DNA of 28,449 nt from IMG/VR virus record IMGVR_UViG_3300048073_000003, positions 1-28,449 of that record; one strand, given 5' to 3'. Each line of letters begins with the position of its first letter. Position 1 is the stretch's first letter. Made by a program: the position numbers and the translations under genes. Below the pieces are notes generated by a model. The model searched no databases, was not told where the DNA came from, and worked only from the letters and a program-made list of their open reading frames with translations. Source of the stretch: a virus (taxonomy: Duplodnaviria; Caudoviricetes). Of the stretch, positions 1-7,361 are shown piece after piece.

Positions 1-1
1 C

Positions 2-1279
2 TTTAAGGTGGTCGCTGCAGGACGGCGCTTCGGTAAGACTGTTCTTGCAGTAGCAATGTGCATCCTTGCCGGCCTGGCGACTACCAACCGGGCCGGCAAG
101 ATGCTGCGATCGGATTCCGAAGTTGTATACATCGGAGTCGACCGCGAGCAGGCCAAGCGTAACGCCTGGCATCTGTTCAAAGATTTCACGCGCGGCATCG
201 GCGCCAAGTTCCACGAGAACACTGCCGTAGTCACGCTGCCGAACGGCGTTCGCATCCGATTGCTCGGAATGGACGACCCAGATTCGGCTCGCGGTATGAA
301 ACTGCGATTCGCGGTACTCGACGAGTACGCGGACATGCCGCCGCACGTTTGGCCAGAGATCATCCGCCCCGCACTCATGGACGTGAAGGGCGAAGCGCTA
401 TTCATCGGAACGCCGAAGGGTAAGAACCACTTCTTCGAGCTGTTCATGTCGGCGCCGCCGTACAGCGAACGAAAGAACTGGCGCGCGTTCAACTTCTCGT
501 CACAGGACAATCCGTACCTGGACTCGGAGGAACGCACCGACATTGCGTTCGACCTGACGCGCGAGCAAGAGCAACAGGAGCTCGAGGCTCGCTTCATCAG
601 CCGCGGCGGCAAGGTGTTCCAGGCGGATGATTTCCGCTACGACACGAACGAGCCGAACACCGGCAGCTACGTGATCACGGTCGACCTAGCCGGCTTCAGC
701 ACCGAAGTCGGCAAGCGCAATTCGGACATCAAGAAGCGCGACAGCACGGCCATCTCCATCGTCAAGATGGTTCCGGTCGATGACTCGAAAGGCAAGCTGC
801 AGCATTTCTGGTGGGTCAAGAAGATCATCAAGGGCCAGTGGGACCCGCGGCAGACCGCTTTCCAGATAGTCAAGGCAGCGTACGACAACGAATGCTTGAC
901 GGTCGGAATCGAGAAAGGCGCGCTGAAGAACGCGGTCGACGGCTACTTGAGCGAGTACGCGCGCGAGTACGGCGTACCTCTCACGTTCATCCCGCTGACG
1001 CACGGCAACAAAGCTAAGACCGATCGCATCGAGTGGGCTTTGGCGGGCCGCGTGCAGAAGGGCCGCATCATCCTGAATGCCGACCCCAACGACACATCGA
1101 GCTGGGCGCAGATGCTGGTCGAGGAAGCCGTTGACTTCCCAGATCCACGCTCACACGACGACATGCTGGATTCACTCGCATACGTCGATCAGCTCGCTCC
1201 GCTCGTTACCAGCTACTACGACTACGAAGACTTTGACGACACCGGCTTTGAGCCGTTGGACAGCGTGAGTGGCTTCTAA
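2..1279 (+). CDS. terL: Terminase large subunit (N-terminus outside the window)
   Basis: Frame is open from base 2 (FKVVAAGRRFGKT, Walker A). Walker B AVLDE, coupling motif FIGTP, nuclease acidic motifs ITVDLAG and HDDMLDSLAY. Confidence 0.96.
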   Translation, partial: FKVVAAGRRFGKTVLAVAMCILAGLATTNRAGKMLRSDSEVVYIGVDREQAKRNAWHLFKDFTRGIGAKFHENTAVVTLPNGVRIRLLGMDDPDSARGMKLRFAVLDEYADMPPHVWPEIIRPALMDVKGEALFIGTPKGKNHFFELFMSAPPYSERKNWRAFNFSSQDNPYLDSEERTDIAFDLTREQEQQELEARFISRGGKVFQADDFRYDTNEPNTGSYVITVDLAGFSTEVGKRNSDIKKRDSTAISIVKMVPVDDSKGKLQHFWWVKKIIKGQWDPRQTAFQIVKAAYDNECLTVGIEKGALKNAVDGYLSEYAREYGVPLTFIPLTHGNKAKTDRIEWALAGRVQKGRIILNADPNDTSSWAQMLVEEAVDFPDPRSHDDMLDSLAYVDQLAPLVTSYYDYEDFDDTGFEPLDSVSGF

Positions 1280-1700
1280 GAAGTGCACACGATGCGGTGA
1301 AACGAAACCGCTTAGTGACTTTTCTCGGCACAAAGCCATGGCTGACGGCCACATAAATCAATGCCGAGTGTGCATGAACGCAGCGGCGCAGGCGCGCCGA
1401 CGTCGCAACGGACGTAACGAAACGCCGGAAGCACGGCGCCGTTGGACCCTAAAAAAGCTCTACGGCATGACGCAGGCTGATTACGACGCGTTACTAGTAT
1501 CACAGGACGGTAAATGCGCCATCTGCCAGACGGACTCGCCTGGAGGGCCTGGTAACAAATTTCATGTCGACCACGACCACGCCACTGGCCGAGTGCGCGG
1601 TCTGCTGTGTCATCACTGCAATACAGGGCTCGGCAATTTATACGACGATCCAGTGCGATTACGGGCTGCACTGCGATATTTAGAGGTATCCGGCTTTTGA
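1269..1700 (+). CDS. Endonuclease VII-family HNH nuclease, probable free-standing homing endonuclease
   Basis: N-terminal CxxC...CxxC; YGMT..DY..L...QDGKCAIC, HVDHDHATGRVRGLLCHHCNTGLG, ALRYL. GTG start overlaps the terL end; TGA stop overlaps the portal start. Confidence 0.9.
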   Translation: MASKKCTRCGETKPLSDFSRHKAMADGHINQCRVCMNAAAQARRRRNGRNETPEARRRWTLKKLYGMTQADYDALLVSQDGKCAICQTDSPGGPGNKFHVDHDHATGRVRGLLCHHCNTGLGNLYDDPVRLRAALRYLEVSGF

Positions 1701-3679
1701 CCACAGTTGCAGTTGATCGACAGTACAGCGATGGCAGTGAGGAGCAGAAGCCTACAGCGGCTGCTTCTCTCGTCGGCTGGATCATGGGCAACGTCACGCA
1801 GTGGCGCCAGATTCGCGACAACGCGTACAAGGACAAGTGGGACGACTACTACAACACTTGGCGCGGCAAGTGGGTTCCTACATCCAAGAACAAGAACTCT
1901 GAGCGCAGCAAGCTGATCTCGCCGGGCTCGATGTCCGCTGTCGACCTGACGGTTGCCGAGATCATCGAAGCGATCTTCGCGCGCGAGGAATTCATGGACA
2001 TTCCTGGCTCGCTGGACCCGCAGCAGAAGTCTGCAGCCGAAGCCTCGCGTCGCATGTTGATCGACGACTTGTACGCTGACGGCATCATCAAGACGATGAT
2101 CGACGTCGTGCTGAACGGCGCGTTGTACGGCACCGGCATCAGCAAGATCAACATAGACGTCGAGAACGTGCATACCGCCAAGGTAACGCAAGACGCACAA
2201 GGCGTCGCGCGTATGCAGCGCATCACGCAGGAGAAGGTCAAGATTTACCCTGTGCCGGTTGAGCCCGGCCAGCTGGTAGTCGACCCCTCTGCCGCCAACA
2301 TCGACGACATGCTCGGTGTGGCGCACGAATTTCGCATGCCGCTCCATAAAGTCTGGAGCCGGCAGCGTAGCGGTACGTACTACAAGAGCGCCAGCGTCGG
2401 CGCCTCGTACCTCGAGTACAGCACGGACATGCGCCAGGAGGAAACGACTGGTCGCGGGCAGGTGCCTGCCGCGTTCATCACTGAGTGGCATGGTCTAGTA
2501 CCGACCAAGCTGCTGACGAACGCCGTGGCCGAAGGACGCGGACACGCGGACATGGTGCCGCCTGGCACCGATGAGCTCGGCATGGACGACATGACCGAAG
2601 CCGTAGTGACGATCGCCGACGAGGGCGAGCTGCTGCGCGCGATTCCTAACCCCGCGATCATGGACGATCGCGCGATTGTCGCGTATCAGCACGACACGGT
2701 ACCCAATCGCTTCTGGGGCCGCGGCGTGATGGAGAAGGCGTCACATCCGCAGAAGGCGATGGACGCTGAAATGCGCTCGCGCATCGACTCGCTGGCCTGG
2801 GTCAGCAACCCTATGATCGCTGGCGACATCACGAAGCTGCCGCCGCGCATGAATCTCAACGTGTGGCCCGGCAAGTTCTGGGGCACGCGTGGCGATCCTA
2901 ACGTCAGCCTGAAGGAATTCCGCTTCGGCGACATCAACGCCAGCACGTTCGAGCATGTGAATTCGCTCGAGCGCATGCTGCAGGACGCCACAGGCGCCCG
3001 CGATCCGGCGAATCTGCGCCAAAACGTGCGCGATGAGTCGAGTGTCGGCGGTGCAATCAGCGTTTCCGGCATGCGCAAGCTGTCGAAGCGCACGATGTAC
3101 AACATCGAAGGCTTCTTGACGACTCTCGTGCGTCGAATTCTGCAGCGCAAGATGCAATTCGAGCCGACGCGCTACCAAGTCGACGTCGATTTCCAGGTCC
3201 GCGGCACGATGGGCATGGTGGCTCGCGAGCTCGAGCAGCAAGTCATGGTGAATTTGCTGCAATTCACTGAACAAGGTACCCCGCCCTACCTGTTGCTGCT
3301 CAAAGCCGTCTTCGATCAGAGCTCGAGCCCGGTGAAAACCGAGATGCGACAGACGATCGACGCAATGCTCAAGCCCGATCCTAAGGCGCAGCAGCAAGCC
3401 GAGATGATGAAGCAGCTGCAAATGCAGTCTGTCATGGAGGAAGTGCGTAACACGCGCGCGGATACCGCACTGAAGATCGCGCAGGGCGATAAGGCTAAGG
3501 CCGACACGCTGCTCTCGCAGATCGAGGCGCATTTCAAGGAAGACGAGCAGTTGATCGAGAACCTAAAGGTGATCATCGACCGCCAGGAAGTAGCTGTTCA
3601 GGAACGTCAGCTCGCACAGAACGACCGCAAGCTGGACATCGAGGAGAAGAAGGCCGCACGGCCTGCAGGGAGCGCCTGA
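1697..3679 (+). CDS. Portal protein with a C-terminal coiled-coil (barrel-like) extension
   Basis: Position after terL, 660 aa, motifs LNGALYGTGISK and PNRFWGRG, Q/E/K-rich helical tail. Start re-placed to TTG 1697 (SD-like AGAGGT 1682-1687; TTGA overlap with the HNH stop). Confidence 0.9.
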   Translation: MTTVAVDRQYSDGSEEQKPTAAASLVGWIMGNVTQWRQIRDNAYKDKWDDYYNTWRGKWVPTSKNKNSERSKLISPGSMSAVDLTVAEIIEAIFAREEFMDIPGSLDPQQKSAAEASRRMLIDDLYADGIIKTMIDVVLNGALYGTGISKINIDVENVHTAKVTQDAQGVARMQRITQEKVKIYPVPVEPGQLVVDPSAANIDDMLGVAHEFRMPLHKVWSRQRSGTYYKSASVGASYLEYSTDMRQEETTGRGQVPAAFITEWHGLVPTKLLTNAVAEGRGHADMVPPGTDELGMDDMTEAVVTIADEGELLRAIPNPAIMDDRAIVAYQHDTVPNRFWGRGVMEKASHPQKAMDAEMRSRIDSLAWVSNPMIAGDITKLPPRMNLNVWPGKFWGTRGDPNVSLKEFRFGDINASTFEHVNSLERMLQDATGARDPANLRQNVRDESSVGGAISVSGMRKLSKRTMYNIEGFLTTLVRRILQRKMQFEPTRYQVDVDFQVRGTMGMVARELEQQVMVNLLQFTEQGTPPYLLLLKAVFDQSSSPVKTEMRQTIDAMLKPDPKAQQQAEMMKQLQMQSVMEEVRNTRADTALKIAQGDKAKADTLLSQIEAHFKEDEQLIENLKVIIDRQEVAVQERQLAQNDRKLDIEEKKAARPAGSA

Positions 3680-3682
3680 TAG

Positions 3683-3994
3683 ATGAGTGACGGAGAGGAG
3701 CACGCTGTAGACGCCGATGTAAAGGCGTACTTTCAGCGATACGAAACAATTTTCGATAGCGAGCCGTGGCAGCTACTCACCGATGAGTGGCGCCGCGACT
3801 TAGCCGAGATACCGGTACGCGCGTTCTTTGACGCGAAGAGCTGGGATGAGATCTTGGCCGCGCGAGCGGTGGTTCAGAAGCTGAGTGAGTACCTTACGTA
3901 CCCTAAGCAGATTGAGCTGCGCAAGCAGGCCATCATGGTCGAACGTGAGCGCATACGAGACGACAACCGCGACATGGAGCGGCCGGACGTATGA
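3683..3994 (+). CDS. Small helical head-module protein, function unknown
   Basis: SD GGGAG 3668-3672, ATGA overlap with the next gene, usual position downstream of portal. Confidence 0.75.
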   Translation: MSDGEEHAVDADVKAYFQRYETIFDSEPWQLLTDEWRRDLAEIPVRAFFDAKSWDEILAARAVVQKLSEYLTYPKQIELRKQAIMVERERIRDDNRDMERPDV

Positions 3995-4281
3995 GCAAGC
4001 TCATTTTGTTCGACTTCGAGTGTCAGCACTGCACGTACGTGTTTGACGACATGGTAAAGCCCGACATCCATGAGGCCCCATGTCCCAAATGCGGAAGCAA
4101 TGCGACTCGACTCGTATCAACGCCACGGATTGACCCGCGACTAGGGGCTGATCCTGCGTTCGCCACGATGGCGGATCGCTGGGCGAAGGTACGTGAACAG
4201 CGCAAGGCCGTCGAAGAACGGCGTGAGCGCGAGCACGGTCCGGATAGCTGGGGCGCTTCAGGCGCCGACGTTACCCGCTAA
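3991..4281 (+). CDS. FmdB-like zinc-ribbon protein
   Basis: LFDFECQHC...CPKCGS...RLVSTP pattern with two CxxC. Confidence 0.8.
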   Translation: MSKLILFDFECQHCTYVFDDMVKPDIHEAPCPKCGSNATRLVSTPRIDPRLGADPAFATMADRWAKVREQRKAVEERREREHGPDSWGASGADVTR

Positions 4282-4291
4282 ACCGCTGCCA

Positions 4292-4340
4292 GTCAGCTTC
4301 CCCAGCTGACAACAACCGTCAACCGAGCACTCCTGCTCGG
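4292..4340 (+). promoter_or_regulatory. Twin stem-loops in the scaffold gene leader
   Basis: Perfect 7-bp stems GTCAGCT-tcccc-AGCTGAC (4292-4310) and CCGAGCA-ctcc-TGCTCGG (4323-4340), no U-tract, 20 nt upstream of SD GGAG 4360-4363. Function is inferred. Confidence 0.55.
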
Positions 4341-4368
4341 CCGGTGTGCAAATGAAAACGGAGAACTT

Positions 4369-5211
4369 GTGACTACTGGAATCGTTGTAGACCCTACGGC
4401 GCCGTCAAACACATCTGTGTCCGGCAGCCAGAATCAGCCGAATAACCCTGCTGACGACTTGCCTGCGAAGTTCAAGGGTAAGTCAGCCAAAGAGATTGTT
4501 GATATGTACGCCAACCTCGAGTCTGAGGCTGGCCGACTACGCAACGAGCTCGGTGATACGCGCAACGAGGCGCGTACGTGGCGATCACTAGCAGAGGATC
4601 TTGGGCGCCCGATGCGCTCTGAACCGGCACCGGTCACACCGAAGCCTGTTGAAGTCACCGCAGACCAACTGATTGCAAACCCGCGCGACGCAATCGTGTC
4701 GGTGGTCAAGGAAGTGCTTGGTACGGAGCTCGCGCCGATCGTTCGCCAAACGAAAGATACGGCGCAGGAGACGAAGGCTACCAAGTTCGTTCAGGACTTC
4801 CCGAATTACGTGCAAGTCGGCAACAGCGACGAATTCAAGCAGTTCGTCGGCAAGTCGAAGCGTCGTATTGGCCTAGCCGATCGAGCCGTTAAGAACGGCG
4901 ACATCGACGCCATGCGGGAGCTCATGGAAACGTGGGAGGAACGTGTGGCTGATCTTGCTGCACTGAATCCCTCCGCCAAGAAGCAGGACGAGCACAAGGC
5001 TGATGAACAGTCTACTGCTCCGACCGGCGTCGAAGGCGCACGTCAAGTAGCTACTGAGAAGTCTGGCAATAGCGGGTCCGTTCCGACCGGTAAATTTTTC
5101 TACCGCGACGAAGTGATCAAGCTGTTGAACACGAACCCTGACAAGTACTACTCCGCGGCGTACCAGTCTGAGCTGATGGACGCAATCGCAAACGGCCGCT
5201 ACCGAATCTGA
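4369..5211 (+). CDS. Capsid scaffolding protein
   Basis: Directly upstream of the capsid gene; LPAKFKGKS..EIVDMY.NLE coiled coil; C-terminal PDKYY....SELMDAIANGR; GTG start with SD GGAG. Confidence 0.85.
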   Translation: MTTGIVVDPTAPSNTSVSGSQNQPNNPADDLPAKFKGKSAKEIVDMYANLESEAGRLRNELGDTRNEARTWRSLAEDLGRPMRSEPAPVTPKPVEVTADQLIANPRDAIVSVVKEVLGTELAPIVRQTKDTAQETKATKFVQDFPNYVQVGNSDEFKQFVGKSKRRIGLADRAVKNGDIDAMRELMETWEERVADLAALNPSAKKQDEHKADEQSTAPTGVEGARQVATEKSGNSGSVPTGKFFYRDEVIKLLNTNPDKYYSAAYQSELMDAIANGRYRI

Positions 5212-5255
5212 TCTCTCTTTTCACCTACACACTGAACGGAAGCAAATAAGAACAA

Positions 5256-6218
5256 ATGGCAGCTTTTGATCCGGCCAACGGACTTGGCCGAACGGAGCTG
5301 GATAAGTTCATCCCCGAAGTGTGGAGCATGGAAGTGCTCGCAGCGTACAAGGCAAACCTTGTCATGGCTGCGCTCGTTTCTCTGCTGCCGCACAAGGGCA
5401 AGAAGGGTGACACTATCCATATCCCGGTGCCTGTGCGTGGCGCCGCAGCGTCGAAGACGGAATCTACTCCGGTCACGCTTATCAACGACACACCGACTGA
5501 AAAGACGGTTTCTCTGACCAACCACTTCCACTATGCGCGTCTGTTTGACGACATCGCGGAAGTTCAAGCCCTGGCCTCGATGCGTCGGTTCTATACCGAC
5601 GATGCCGGCTATGCGCTGTCGAAAGCTATCGACACGTCGCTCGTCGGTCTCGCGGCTACGTGGGGCGCCGGTACGTCGTACAGCAAGGCCGTGATCGGCT
5701 CTGACGGTTCGACGAACTGGAGCTCGTCTGCGAACAGCAACGCTGGTAACGGCGCTGCGATCTCGGACGCTGGTCTGCGTCGAGTCGTGCAGACGTTCGA
5801 CGACAACGACGTGCCGGGCCGCAACCGCGTGCTTGTGATTCCGCCTGTCGAGAAGCGCAAGCTGCTCGGCGAGTCGCGCTTCACGGAGCAGGCGTTTACG
5901 GGCGAAGTTGGCAACGCCAACAGCATCCGCAACGGCTACGTGGGCAACCTGTACGGGTTCGAGATCTACGTCTCGAGCAACCTGGCGCAGTTTGCCGCGG
6001 CCGATACGACGACCAACTACCGCGCTGCTCTGGCATTCCAGAAGGAAGCGCTGTTGCTGGCCGAGCAGATCGGCGTGCGTGTGCAGACGCAGTACAAGCT
6101 CGAGCACCTGGCGACCCTGATGGTCGCTGACACGGTGTACGGCGTGCAGACTGTGCGCGGCGACCTGTCGGGTACGGATGGCGCTGGCTGTAAGGCCATC
6201 ATCGTTCCGTCGCTCTAA
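5256..6218 (+). CDS. Major capsid protein (HK97 fold)
   Basis: FIPEVWS.EVLAAYKANLV, GKKGDTIHIP, GYVGNLYGFEIYVS, ADTVYGV motifs; 320 aa; strong codon bias. Confidence 0.93.
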   Translation: MAAFDPANGLGRTELDKFIPEVWSMEVLAAYKANLVMAALVSLLPHKGKKGDTIHIPVPVRGAAASKTESTPVTLINDTPTEKTVSLTNHFHYARLFDDIAEVQALASMRRFYTDDAGYALSKAIDTSLVGLAATWGAGTSYSKAVIGSDGSTNWSSSANSNAGNGAAISDAGLRRVVQTFDDNDVPGRNRVLVIPPVEKRKLLGESRFTEQAFTGEVGNANSIRNGYVGNLYGFEIYVSSNLAQFAAADTTTNYRAALAFQKEALLLAEQIGVRVQTQYKLEHLATLMVADTVYGVQTVRGDLSGTDGAGCKAIIVPSL

Positions 6219-6228
6219 GCGATTGGGT

Positions 6229-6257
6229 GAGGGGCGGGCAACCGCCCCTCTTCCCTT
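6229..6257 (+). terminator. GC-rich GCAA-tetraloop hairpin after the capsid gene; weak terminator or mRNA stabiliser
   Basis: GAGGGGCGG-GCAA-CCGCCCCTC (6229-6250) followed only by TTCCCTT. Confidence 0.65.
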
Positions 6258-6479
6258 ATGACTATCGAAAAACGCCATCCACTACTCGGCCGCGGTCTCA
6301 AGATGAGCTCGACGGACCCGGTAAATGGTTCGGTACTGATCTACAACCTGTCGACTGGCACTTGGGTACCAAGCACGCCGCCGACAATCACAGGCTCCCG
6401 CGGTGGCAATGCCGCGCTCGCGAGTCTTCTTACCGCCCTGGCGTCGCTCGGGCTCATTGTCAATTCAACATCCGCATGA
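6258..6479 (+). CDS. Small virion protein, candidate head decoration or mini head fibre
   Basis: Fibre-like NGSVLIYNLSTGTWVP plus ITGSRGGNAALASLLTALASLGLI; follows the capsid gene. Confidence 0.6.
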   Translation: MTIEKRHPLLGRGLKMSSTDPVNGSVLIYNLSTGTWVPSTPPTITGSRGGNAALASLLTALASLGLIVNSTSA

Positions 6480-6490
6480 TGGAGGCAACC

Positions 6491-6691
6491 ATGCTGACCC
6501 CTACTGATTTCCAGAATCTCCTCGCACTCATCAGCTCTCCGCAGCTCACGATCAACGGCGCGCAAGCGCAAGTCGTGAGCGTGCTGCAGTTCAAGCTGCA
6601 GGAAGCGATCAAACAGGCGACGGAGATCAACAAGGCTGCTAGTGGCATCGACGCAGGATCTGCTGAACAAAGTTCTGATCGGGCTTCGTAA
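6491..6691 (+). CDS. Small helical hypothetical protein
   Basis: ATG 6491 with SD GGAGG 6481-6485 (the track's start at 6227 runs through the hairpin and is unlikely); overlaps the next gene by 50 nt. Confidence 0.65.
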   Translation: MLTPTDFQNLLALISSPQLTINGAQAQVVSVLQFKLQEAIKQATEINKAASGIDAGSAEQSSDRAS

Positions 6692-7361
6692 AGACACGAT
6701 CGCTACGACGTCAGTCACCAGCGCGTACCACCTACTCCTGCTGCAGTTCCTCAACACTGCCAAGGAAGAGGTAGAGAACGCCTGGGACTGGCAAGCACTG
6801 CGTACCACGATTACGCAAGCTGTCGTGCAAGGCACGACGTCGTACACGCTCTCCGGCGTTACGCCGCGCTCGCGGCTGCTCTACGAGCGGCCGGCGTATG
6901 ACGGCACCTGCGAGACCAGCTTGCGCGTGAATGGCGCACTGCCGCAGGTGTTCGACGTTACGGACACGACAGAGTACCGGCTGATGGAGATGACGCCTGA
7001 GCGCGTCGAGCGGCTGCACTTCCTAGACAACGACGAGCAAGCACTGCCTACCAGCTTCGCGCTGGTGCGTACGGCGACAGGTGTAACGCTGCGGCTATAC
7101 CCTACTCCGAGCTCTGCGCGCACGCTTAAGCTGCGCTTCGTCGTCCCGCAGGACGACCTTGGCTCTACAGCCATTACCAGCAACTCGCTGTCAGTACCTG
7201 CAACGCCCGTGTGGCTACGCGCGCTCGAGCTCGCCAACGAGGAACGCGGTGAGGAGATCGGGCAGGCTGAAGGCTCGCTCATTGGCCGTGCACAGCTCGC
7301 GCTGTACAACGCCATCGCAGCTGAGCGTACCGACGCGGACGACACTGGCTTCCCTGAGTGA
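6642..7361 (+). CDS. Head-tail adaptor / tail tubular protein A-like
   Basis: Size and position; N-terminal L.L.NKVL..LR, FLN.AK.EVE.AWDW..L and LYPTP motifs typical of podovirus adaptors. Confidence 0.75.
   Translation: MASTQDLLNKVLIGLRKDTIATTSVTSAYHLLLLQFLNTAKEEVENAWDWQALRTTITQAVVQGTTSYTLSGVTPRSRLLYERPAYDGTCETSLRVNGALPQVFDVTDTTEYRLMEMTPERVERLHFLDNDEQALPTSFALVRTATGVTLRLYPTPSSARTLKLRFVVPQDDLGSTAITSNSLSVPATPVWLRALELANEERGEEIGQAEGSLIGRAQLALYNAIAAERTDADDTGFPE

Noticed and set aside
1607-1696. N-terminal extensions in the ORF track for portal (also endolysin 15007, helicase 26212, primase 26915, exonuclease 20821, ORF 18213)
   Set aside because: They overlap neighbouring genes extensively; internal starts with SD or stop/start coupling fit better.
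1269-1700. Group I intron or intein carrying the HNH nuclease
   Set aside because: There is no non-coding flank for a ribozyme core, terL has its own stop, and no intein terminal motifs are present.
6190-6260. Programmed frameshift or read-through extending the capsid into the 73-aa gene
   Set aside because: No slippery heptamer before the TAA stop, and TAA is a poor read-through codon.
5199-6278. 359-aa antisense ORF over the capsid gene, and similar long antisense ORFs at 1613-2491, 2741-3532, 12597-13274, 18039-18839, 23290-23907 and 27117-27785
   Set aside because: Shadow frames expected from strong codon bias in GC-rich genes; no motifs or SD and Arg/His-rich composition.
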